A DNA stretch of 37,008 bases, from NCBI GenBank assembly GCA_964602725.1, contig CAZRRZ010000003.1:1-37008 (forward strand), written 5' to 3'. The translations under genes and the position numbers were made by a program. Numbering within the stretch: the stretch's first letter is position 1; every line of letters starts with the position of its first letter. The stretch comes from an uncultured Candidatus Saccharibacteria bacterium (GTDB lineage: Bacteria > Patescibacteriota > Minisyncoccia > Phycocordibacterales > PALSA-1337). The notes below the pieces were generated by a model. It searched no databases. It had not been told where the DNA came from and worked only from the letters and a program-made list of their open reading frames with translations. Shown one piece after another: positions 25,636 through 32,446 of this stretch.

Positions 25636-25901
25636 TTGATCGCAATGAATACGAAAGACTTCTTGTTCGTCACAAAAACAAGAATTTTGATGAGGTTGAG
25701 CAGGCCATACTTATGTGTGAAATGCGCTACCTCATCGAGTATATCGAAAAGCTTGAAGCTGTTGTTGATGCCGCGAAATCACTCAGGACATCACACAGAC
25801 TCGACGACGCGAATCCCAAGGACGGCGAATCATTTTACGTTCTCACCGTTGAAAGCCATAAGCGTCTTGTATCGGCGATAGAAAAACTGGAAGAACAATG
25901 A
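25632..25901 (+). CDS. Hypothetical helical protein, 89 aa
   Basis: The TTG start overlaps the upstream TGA. The start codon is uncertain. Confidence 0.45.
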   Translation: MIDRNEYERLLVRHKNKNFDEVEQAILMCEMRYLIEYIEKLEAVVDAAKSLRTSHRLDDANPKDGESFYVLTVESHKRLVSAIEKLEEQ

Positions 25902-26020
25902 TCAAAATACTCCTTTTTCCCTGGAACTTCATCAAGTGCGTATTCTCATGCTTTATGATTTTGGTTTTTCTTATTCAGATTGAGTTTCAAAATTGGCGGA
26001 AGAACAGGAAGAAACCATGA
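25898..26020 (+). CDS. 40-aa hydrophobic mini-protein (not in ORF track)
   Basis: ATGA coupling occurs at both ends (25898-25901 and 26017-26020). The translation is MIKILLFPWNFIKCVFSCFMILVFLIQIEFQNWRKNRKKP. Confidence 0.5.
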   Translation: MIKILLFPWNFIKCVFSCFMILVFLIQIEFQNWRKNRKKP

Positions 26021-26379
26021 AGATAGAAGAAATGCGCAAGATTGCAGACGAGAGAACTAAGGGTAAATGGGAGATAACTGGACCATCTAGTGATGACCCT
26101 AGATATACCGGAATAAATGTTGATGATAAATTTCTCATAATGACTCGTATTGATTACCAAGATAGTGGCGTTGCTATTGATGATGGAAAATTCATCGCCC
26201 TAGCTGCTAATACCTATGATGCTCTGCTTGATATTGCTGAGGCTTCAAAAGCCATTACAAATATTTATTATAAATTTAATTCTACGATGAGCCTAAAAGA
26301 ATTTTGGAGTCTTATGCAGGAATATTGTGATGAATATGGGCTATTGAAAATGCGCATAAGAACACTGGATGAATTATGA
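26017..26379 (+). CDS. Ead/Ea22-like protein, 120 aa
   Basis: The track start at 25993 is TTG. The ATG at 26017 has AGGAAG upstream. RTKGKWEITG and DDGKFIALAANTYDALLDI fit the Ead/Ea22 pattern. Confidence 0.5.
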   Translation: MKIEEMRKIADERTKGKWEITGPSSDDPRYTGINVDDKFLIMTRIDYQDSGVAIDDGKFIALAANTYDALLDIAEASKAITNIYYKFNSTMSLKEFWSLMQEYCDEYGLLKMRIRTLDEL

Positions 26380-26636
26380 CTCAAGAAGACAGAGAAGAAT
26401 TATTACTTCAAATTGAAAAGCTTCGTGGACGGTTTGATATTATGGTTCCGGTGGCTATTCTTCAAAGAGGGCTTCACAGACTTTTCTCTGAGATTGACGC
26501 ACTGGATGAACATACTGACCAACTCGATACGGCTTGCTACGCCCTTGATGAAAAGTTGTCAGAAGTAAAGGCCGCGTATACAGAGCTTCAAAAAGAGTGT
26601 CAAACATTTAAGGATAGACTCTATCCAGATTTATAG
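26376..26636 (+). CDS. Hypothetical helical protein, 86 aa
   Basis: ATGA coupling links it to the upstream gene. Its stop codon overlaps the 3' end of the antisense tRNA. Confidence 0.5.
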   Translation: MTQEDREELLLQIEKLRGRFDIMVPVAILQRGLHRLFSEIDALDEHTDQLDTACYALDEKLSEVKAAYTELQKECQTFKDRLYPDL

Positions 26637-26707
26637 TGGCGGATGGATTTGAACCACCGACTTTCCGCTCATGAAACGGACGCTCTGCCCGGCTGAGCTA
26701 CGCCACC
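26634..26707 (-). tRNA. tRNA with CAU anticodon (elongator Met or Ile2-type; not initiator)
   Basis: Minus-strand fold: GGUGGCG-UA-GCUC-AGCCGGGCA-GAGC-G-UCCGU-UUCAUGA-GCGGA-AAGUC-GGUGG-UUCAAAU-CCAUC-CGCCACU-A. The 1-72 pair is G-U. The anticodon stem has no GGG/CCC run, and no CCA is encoded. Confidence 0.85.
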
Positions 26708-26952
26708 GTTGCAACTAGAGCCCCGCGCGACTAAGGCCCAGCTTTTCTCGTCGCAACCCTTCTAGATGGTAGCTGACCTACGCCTGTGCATGTCTCCAGA
26801 AATACTGTTGGTGCGCTGTCACTATGCCCGTCGACATATAGATCGCCTACGTTCACTCCAACAGCCCTCCGTAGGCTAGTTATTTCAGCGTTGGCCCACC
26901 TCGAACGGTATTACTACCTCGGTGAGCCTTCCCATGCCGTCTAGTTGCAACC
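26708..26952 (-). ncRNA. Unclassified structured RNA element (245 nt) abutting tRNA(CAU) +1
   Basis: The track shows no ORF on either strand. My hand count gives 134/245 G+C. A 12-bp closing helix pairs 26940-26951 with 26708-26719. The hairpin at 26893-26928 has a GUAA tetraloop and a tandem G.A/A.G beside a 4-nt bulge. Several further helices exist, and G-U pairs plus GNRA loops occur only in the minus-strand transcript. Confidence 0.5.
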
Positions 26953-27014
26953 TTATTTATAATCATTTAAGCTTGATCACACCAGATCCAAATTGATTTT
27001 CAAGGGGTTCATGT

Positions 27015-27218
27015 ATGTATTTTCGCATCCACAGAGACATCGATGGTCATGCTTTTAGAATTCGTAAAGTTGTTCTTGAGCTCTTTAGAGACGATGGAAC
27101 TTTAGTAGATCGACGACGTATGTTCGCCGGACTATTCTTCGCAAAACGCCTTGCAAGAAAACAAGCGCGAATGGCAAAAATTGGCAAAATCATGGTAGCG
27201 TGTAGCTATAAATTATGA
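27015..27218 (+). CDS. Small basic protein, 67 aa
   Basis: An AAGGGG RBS precedes the start. The protein is Arg/Lys-rich and is the first gene of the accessory operon. Confidence 0.5.
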   Translation: MYFRIHRDIDGHAFRIRKVVLELFRDDGTLVDRRRMFAGLFFAKRLARKQARMAKIGKIMVACSYKL

Positions 27219-27331
27219 TTCCATCTTCGGAATATTTAGTACTCATTTACATGATTATAAGCGCCTATTTATTCCCTGTTTTTGCTATTGCTACATTTTT
27301 ACTGTTAAAGTATGGAGATAGGAAAGATTAA
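27215..27331 (+). CDS. 38-aa single-TM mini-protein (not in ORF track)
   Basis: ATGA coupling occurs at 27215-27218 and TAATG coupling at 27329-27333. The translation is MIPSSEYLVLIYMIISAYLFPVFAIATFLLLKYGDRKD. Confidence 0.5.
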   Translation: MIPSSEYLVLIYMIISAYLFPVFAIATFLLLKYGDRKD

Positions 27332-28275
27332 TGCGTCACGAAAGTCATGACAGGGATAAGTTTCACGTCGTTACGATGATTTCTAACCCAGTAAGGTATG
27401 AATCAAGATATGAGCTTTATAAAGTCTTTGCAGCAAAGATGGCTAGTGCCGGTGTCAACCTCACAACCGTGGAATTGCAACTTGGGGATAGACCTTTTGC
27501 TATTACGGATAGAGATTGTGCGCGCCATATTCAGCTCAGAGGATGGGACGAATTATGGCACAAAGAGAACTGTCTCAACATTGCGATTCAAAGCTTGCCT
27601 TCAGATTGGGAGACCGTGGCTTGGATCGACGCTGACGTGGAATTTATCCGTCCCGATTGGGTGGAAGAAACAATCAATCAACTCCAAGTCTATCAAGTTG
27701 TCCAAATGTTCGAAACCGCCATTGACCTTGGTCCATCCGGAAAAACCATTGCAACCCACAAATCTTTCATGAGTCAATATCTGGAGAATAAATCAATGCA
27801 TCCAGAAACAAGCTATCAAGAATGGCATCCGGGTTTTGCTTGGGCCGCAAGGAGAGAGGCTATTGATGGAATGGGGCAACTTTACGAGAGAGCAATCCTT
27901 GGAGCAGGAGACCGCCATATGGCTCTGGCGTTTGTTGGAAAGGCAGAGTGCTCCTTTGTCCATGACATGCAATCAGAGTATGCTCAAGATATCCTTAGGT
28001 TCCAAGATCGATGTCACCATACGATCCGCAAGGATGTCGGAGTTGTGCCAGGCACTATTGTCCACAATTGGCACGGCAAAAAGCGGGATAGACGTTATTT
28101 CGACCGATGGCAAATCCTTATCAATAACGATTACAAACCGCACCGAGATATTAAAAAAGATTCATTTGGTGTATTCAATTTTGTAGACGATCATTCGCCA
28201 CGCTTCATCAGGCTTCGCGACGAGATACGTCATTATTTCCGACAAAGAAATGAAGACAGCGTGGATCTCGAGTGA
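27331..28275 (+). CDS. Glycosyltransferase (GT-A-like, DxD = WIDADVEF), 314 aa
   Basis: FHVVTMISNPVRY, a DAD motif after a beta-strand, and HNWHGKKRDRRYFDRWQIL fit a pattern I recall from phage and virus glycosyltransferases. Confidence 0.6.
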   Translation: MRHESHDRDKFHVVTMISNPVRYESRYELYKVFAAKMASAGVNLTTVELQLGDRPFAITDRDCARHIQLRGWDELWHKENCLNIAIQSLPSDWETVAWIDADVEFIRPDWVEETINQLQVYQVVQMFETAIDLGPSGKTIATHKSFMSQYLENKSMHPETSYQEWHPGFAWAARREAIDGMGQLYERAILGAGDRHMALAFVGKAECSFVHDMQSEYAQDILRFQDRCHHTIRKDVGVVPGTIVHNWHGKKRDRRYFDRWQILINNDYKPHRDIKKDSFGVFNFVDDHSPRFIRLRDEIRHYFRQRNEDSVDLE

Positions 28276-28394
28276 TGTTTGCACTTCTTCTATTATTTGG
28301 TGTGGTTACGATTTTACCATCAATTATTTTGATGTTTATCACCTGGTTTTTTGATTATCTCCATAACGAATTTTTTGACAAAATTAGATTTTAA
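28275..28394 (+). CDS. 39-aa single-TM mini-protein (not in ORF track)
   Basis: It overlaps the glycosyltransferase stop (TGATG). The translation is MFALLLLFGVVTILPSIILMFITWFFDYLHNEFFDKIRF. Confidence 0.5.
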   Translation: MFALLLLFGVVTILPSIILMFITWFFDYLHNEFFDKIRF

Positions 28395-28447
28395 AATCGA
28401 TCGCTGTTAAAATAGCAACTGTTCACTAAGTTTTACAAGGAGGTAAA

Positions 28448-29530
28448 ATGCTTAAGTCATTAGTGTTGGTTTTTTGCATCGGGTCATCTATTGCCCTGGC
28501 GTCTACATCAAAATTCCCCATCATAAAAGGAGAAAACGGAAAAAGATACCATACGGGTCTGCTTCATAAGCCACAAGCTTACAAAGGACTCGGAGAAACA
28601 CACGTCAAACTTGCAGATTGTGAAAATCTTCCAGAAGAATTTGATTTGCGAAAACTCGGAACTGTTACAGCTATCAAAGATCAAGGATCTTGTGGGTCAT
28701 GTTGGAGCTTTTCTAAAACAGCTTCTCTTGAATCCGCGATTTTGGCAAACGGCGGCAAGTCCATGGACCTGTCAGAAAAAGAATTACTCACATGCGATAG
28801 AAATAACTATGGATGTGACGGCGGTTTGCTCAACCAAAAAGAATACCAAGTAGTTCACGGTCAAGGACTTGAGTCTGATTTCCCATATTCGCCTTCAGAC
28901 GGACCATGCAAAAGCATTCCTGTTGCCGTTAAAGCAACTGAGTTTGTAATGGTTGGATCTTCTAACAGATCTCCAAACCTCAAAGAAGTGAAATGCGCGC
29001 TGTATAAATCTCACACCGTGCCATGGATAACAGTCGCCGCAGAAGGAAACTGGGGTCAAGCGCCTAGTACAGAAGACACTATGTTTAGGTCTTGCGGACG
29101 CGGTCAAACCAACCACGCCATCGGTATCGTGGGATGGAAAAAAATCAACGGCAAGGAAGGTCTGATCATCAGAAATTCTTGGGGCATGGGTTGGGGAGCA
29201 AAAGGCTACGCTGTTATGCCGCTCGGTTGCGATAACCTCGGTGAAGAAGTTGCATACATCATGACGGACGCGATGCCATGTAAACCACCCGTTTTTCAAC
29301 TTCCAGCGCATATAGAAATCTCTCCGAATGTAGAAGTTATGCTTGGAGTTAAAGAGCAATCTGGCGTGGAATATACCTGGTATTCAGCTGATAAAGAGAT
29401 TGGCAAAGGGTCTATGATCTATGTCATTCCATCTGAAGACACAATCTATAAACTCGTAGGAAAAACCGCTTGCGGTACTGTTGAAAGTTCAGTAAAAATT
29501 AGCGTGATTAAGGCCAGCCAAGCGCTTTAA
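28448..29530 (+). CDS. Secreted papain-family (C1) cysteine protease with C-terminal beta-domain, 360 aa
   Basis: An AAGGAGG RBS precedes the start. The signal peptide is MLKSLVLVFCIGSSIALA. The mature N-terminus reads LPEEFDLRKLGTVTAIKDQGSCGSCWSFS (Gln/Cys), followed by NHAIGIVGW (His) and IIRNSWGMGWGAKGY (Asn/Trp). About 90 extra C-terminal residues follow. Confidence 0.9.
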   Translation: MLKSLVLVFCIGSSIALASTSKFPIIKGENGKRYHTGLLHKPQAYKGLGETHVKLADCENLPEEFDLRKLGTVTAIKDQGSCGSCWSFSKTASLESAILANGGKSMDLSEKELLTCDRNNYGCDGGLLNQKEYQVVHGQGLESDFPYSPSDGPCKSIPVAVKATEFVMVGSSNRSPNLKEVKCALYKSHTVPWITVAAEGNWGQAPSTEDTMFRSCGRGQTNHAIGIVGWKKINGKEGLIIRNSWGMGWGAKGYAVMPLGCDNLGEEVAYIMTDAMPCKPPVFQLPAHIEISPNVEVMLGVKEQSGVEYTWYSADKEIGKGSMIYVIPSEDTIYKLVGKTACGTVESSVKISVIKASQAL

Positions 29531-29540
29531 TTAATGAAGA

Positions 29541-29591
29541 AGGCGGTCGCCCTGGACAACTCATTGTGAGTAGCGCCGCCTTTTTTATTTT
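29541..29591 (+). terminator. Rho-independent terminator (possibly bidirectional)
   Basis: AGGCGG(U)CGC pairs with GCGCCGCCU and is followed by UUUUUUAUUUU. It lies between convergent operons, and a second 9-bp hairpin sits at 29606-29657. Confidence 0.7.
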
Positions 29592-29663
29592 GTAATAATC
29601 TAATTGACCCCAGTCATTGCCTCATCGTGAGGGTGTGGAATCTTCTTTGACTGGGGTTATGTA

Positions 29664-29849
29664 TTATGGTGTTGGGACGCCTAAAGCCTCTGCAATAACA
29701 GAAACCATATAATCGTCAACTTTGTTGCTGGTATCTTTTGCCAATTCAGCAAGATAAGCCACTAAAGCTTTCTTTCCTTCATCAACAACGTTTCCAGATA
29801 ACAATTGCTTCAATACAAAAATCAATACTTGCTCAAGAACTTTATCCAT
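29664..29849 (-). CDS. Small amphipathic protein, 61 aa
   Basis: The track ORF was trimmed to the ATG at 29849, which overlaps the upstream stop by 8 nt. It is the last gene of the minus-strand operon. Confidence 0.45.
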   Translation of the reverse strand: MDKVLEQVLIFVLKQLLSGNVVDEGKKALVAYLAELAKDTSNKVDDYMVSVIAEALGVPTP

Positions 29850-30150
29850 AAATTTCTCCCGCGATTTTTGCCTCGATTCTTTTAATGCGACACACTGCAT
29901 TATCAATATCGATGGCGGTTTTGTGGAAATCAGTTTCAAGCTTAACATGCTTTTCAGCCAACTCGGTAATGCCATCAGTAAATTTTAACACTTCCGAAAG
30001 CTGACCTTTGATGTAAGAAATATCTGAGGCAAATTTTAGATAATTAGCAATTAACGCTGATAAAACACCAAAAACAAATGTCATCAAGTTTAAAATCCAC
30101 GGGTATGTATCAAAAATATCAAGCACGTTAATCCTGATGAGCGGATTCAA
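29842..30150 (-). CDS. N-terminally membrane-anchored coiled-coil protein, 102 aa (i-spanin- or holin-like)
   Basis: The TM segment ILNLMTFVFGVLSALIANYL is followed by a helical, charged domain. Confidence 0.45.
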   Translation of the reverse strand: MNPLIRINVLDIFDTYPWILNLMTFVFGVLSALIANYLKFASDISYIKGQLSEVLKFTDGITELAEKHVKLETDFHKTAIDIDNAVCRIKRIEAKIAGEIYG

Positions 30151-30298
30151 TTATCTCGTTAAATTGTTCTTCTGTTTTTCCAAAATGGTTTGTTGCAACA
30201 CCCTCGATAGATTTCCGGCATACACATGTCTTAGGATGTCCGGATGCTTGAATCGAAAAAATTGCCAAAAGTCCTTGAGCTATTTTTTTATCAATCAT
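30128..30298 (-). CDS. Small protein, 56 aa (not in ORF track)
   Basis: ATGA coupling links it to the fibre gene stop (30295-30298). The translation is MIDKKIAQGLLAIFSIQASGHPKTCVCRKSIEGVATNHFGKTEEQFNEIIESAHQD. Confidence 0.4.
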   Translation of the reverse strand: MIDKKIAQGLLAIFSIQASGHPKTCVCRKSIEGVATNHFGKTEEQFNEIIESAHQD

Positions 30299-32070
30299 AT
30301 TAAGTTCACCCAGCTTCCTGCTTCATAGCCTCTAAATTTTCCAAGGTCAGTGTTGTATATCATCATACCATCAACTGCGGTTAATGCGGCTTCCTCAGCA
30401 TTAGTTAATCGTGGCAACAGGAATGCTCTATCTGTTCCGCCAATTTCGAGTCCTACACTGGCGTTGCTTACTTTTCCTGTAGGAGTGTTGATAGCCAATT
30501 TGTACATTGAGTTATCAATGTCTGAAGCAATCTTTACGCCCCAATGGTTGGTTGCAAAAACACCTGCACCGCCGACTTCATGATAAAAGCCAGTCGCGTT
30601 CGTGGTAGTTCCGGTATATCCGGCGTTTATCAATAGAGAGTTAACACCGCGCCATTCTCCAACAGTAAAATCATCCATAAAAATGGCGCCAGCCGTCAGG
30701 GCATTTAGTTGGTCCATTTGACCATGTCCATGACATTGACCAGCAAAAGCAACCATGTTTACTCCTAAACCAGATGGCCCGAGAGCAACGCTAGATCCAG
30801 CGTTTCCAAAGTTTACATCCGGGCTAAGGATGTTCATTAAAACATCTGTGCCCGTGATTGCTGTTGAATCCGGTGTGCTGTAAGCGGTAAACAATACGTG
30901 TTGACTTTGAATTGTTTGTCCGCTTTGAGCTACCATGGTGCCGCTAACACTAAAGCGAACCCCGTCAATACTTGCGCCAGCTTCTTTTCCGTCCGCGGTT
31001 AAACCGCCTAATTGCAAAACAGAAAGATTAGTTGAAGTGCCAGTGACTTGACTCAAACTTCCTGAATATAAAGTTACATCGGCGTCGCCGCCCGCAATGG
31101 TTGGATTTGAAGAAAATCCGGATACGGTACCATGTGAGGTTGTTATGTTGGTATTAAACGCAAATCCGTTCATGTAGCCAGTTGGCGACATCGTGGTAAC
31201 CGTTCCGCCGCAACTGAAACCATTGAACCCAGAGTTTCCTAAAAAAGTGGTAATGGTCGGATTTAGGTTAAAACCCTGGTAGTTGTTGTTGTTTCTGATT
31301 GACGCAATTTGTGGGTTTGCTGCGTAACTGTTCCAACCATCAATCTCACATTCGATGTTTGCAAAATCACCGAAAATAGTAGAGAACGTGGTTCCAGTTG
31401 AGGTTGTAGCCGCTGAATGCGCGTGCGGTTGAAAAATATAACCCTGAAATCCGCGAGATAAATTGACGTTATCGTTAATGTCGCCAAAAATGAAATAACC
31501 GTAATATCCTCCAACATCGATAGGATCAGTTCCGTTTCCTATGTTTGAATAAGAACTGTTTAATGTCAAAGTTCCGGTGTCGCCGGTTCCAGTAAGTGTA
31601 AATCCAGAACTAATAAGAGTCCCTAGTGATCCGTTAGTGCCGATAGCAAATCCAGTACTAGTTGGGTCAACAGTTGCTTGAACGTTGAGAAAATTATATG
31701 TGGACGTTGGAGATGCAAGCGTAGGGATCAAATTTGCTTGTAGGTTATGAACAGTATAGCCACCAGTGTTGTCCACTGATTGGTCTAAAATTACATTCAT
31801 GCCCAAGGTGTTAGTGTAATAATTCCATCCAGGGAGGACACTTAAATCACCAGTGGGATCAACCCAAAATGCAAAGCTTGGAGAATTTCCAGGCACAGGA
31901 AGTAATGGAGCAGAGTTTGTGATGGTAGTTATTCCGCCACCGCTTACAATGCTTATTCCCGTTCCCGCATTTATAAACTGGTTTGCAGACGTATCGCCGT
32001 TGATAGAAAGAATGTTTCCAGTACCGCCCCCACCGCCTTCGACTGGGAGAAAAATATACCCGCTGCTCAT
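30295..32070 (-). CDS. Tail fibre / receptor-binding protein 2, 591 aa
   Basis: The N-terminus GGGGGTGNILSINGDTSANQFINAGTGISIVS is shared with fibre 1. The body is beta-rich and G/T/S/N-rich. The C-terminus reads AFLLPRLTNAEEAALTAVDGMMIYNTDLGKFRGYEAGSWVNLI. Confidence 0.75.
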   Translation of the reverse strand: MSSGYIFLPVEGGGGGTGNILSINGDTSANQFINAGTGISIVSGGGITTITNSAPLLPVPGNSPSFAFWVDPTGDLSVLPGWNYYTNTLGMNVILDQSVDNTGGYTVHNLQANLIPTLASPTSTYNFLNVQATVDPTSTGFAIGTNGSLGTLISSGFTLTGTGDTGTLTLNSSYSNIGNGTDPIDVGGYYGYFIFGDINDNVNLSRGFQGYIFQPHAHSAATTSTGTTFSTIFGDFANIECEIDGWNSYAANPQIASIRNNNNYQGFNLNPTITTFLGNSGFNGFSCGGTVTTMSPTGYMNGFAFNTNITTSHGTVSGFSSNPTIAGGDADVTLYSGSLSQVTGTSTNLSVLQLGGLTADGKEAGASIDGVRFSVSGTMVAQSGQTIQSQHVLFTAYSTPDSTAITGTDVLMNILSPDVNFGNAGSSVALGPSGLGVNMVAFAGQCHGHGQMDQLNALTAGAIFMDDFTVGEWRGVNSLLINAGYTGTTTNATGFYHEVGGAGVFATNHWGVKIASDIDNSMYKLAINTPTGKVSNASVGLEIGGTDRAFLLPRLTNAEEAALTAVDGMMIYNTDLGKFRGYEAGSWVNLI

Positions 32071-32071
32071 A

Positions 32072-32437
32072 TCAAACTCCCTTTATGCATTGAAATGCGT
32101 TGAGGGTGCCGGTGTCGCCACCAGCGGGCGCGTATCTAAGTCTCACATAAGGGGCGGCCGTTCTAGTCATGTCCCAAATGTAATCACCCGCACCCGTTAT
32201 AAGTTTTGGGCTATCTAAAACTGTTGTCCATGTTCCTGCATTCAATACATTTCCTAGTGGATCTAAATTATAGCTCACTGAAGCTTCTAAGCTTAAAATT
32301 CCGCCAAGCGTTCCTGATGTAGTATAAATGGCTTGAATCATGTATCCCCACATTTGTTCAAGTCTCACTACGGTACTAACAATGGTTGAGGACATATCAC
32401 CGTTAACTACTATTGGAATGCGAATTGCTTCAAGCAT
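32072..32437 (-). CDS. Small beta-protein paired with fibre 2, 121 aa (paralogue of 34156..34548)
   Basis: Landmarks shared with the paralogue are VNGDMS, NAGTW and Y(V/A)(R/I)RL(R/I)Y. Spacing to the fibre gene is 1 nt. Confidence 0.6.
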   Translation of the reverse strand: MLEAIRIPIVVNGDMSSTIVSTVVRLEQMWGYMIQAIYTTSGTLGGILSLEASVSYNLDPLGNVLNAGTWTTVLDSPKLITGAGDYIWDMTRTAAPYVRLRYAPAGGDTGTLNAFQCIKGV

Positions 32438-32446
32438 GTTTAATCC

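Noticed and set aside
26634-26707. Initiator tRNA-fMet assignment
   Set aside because: The anticodon stem lacks the three consecutive G-C pairs, and position 1-72 is a G-U pair rather than a C-A mismatch.
26708-26952. Conventional group I intron, tmRNA, RNase P RNA or hammerhead
   Set aside because: No exon or tRNA halves flank the element, so nothing is interrupted. I could not find the tmRNA tRNA-like end, the RNase P GAGGAAAGUCC-type core or a CUGANGA hammerhead core. The group-I-like resemblance is limited to one short stretch recalled from memory. It remains a test to run, not a call.
26708-26952. attP site or integration module next to the tRNA
   Set aside because: The closed genome contains no integrase, recombinase or excisionase-like ORF.
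29606-29657. Second hairpin (ACCCCAGUC ... GACUGGGGU, with inner CCUCA-CGA-UGAGG) as a minus-strand terminator
   Set aside because: The stem is good, but the loop is 33 nt and no U-tract follows on either strand. The neighbouring hairpin at 29541-29591 already explains termination, so this one is left unannotated.
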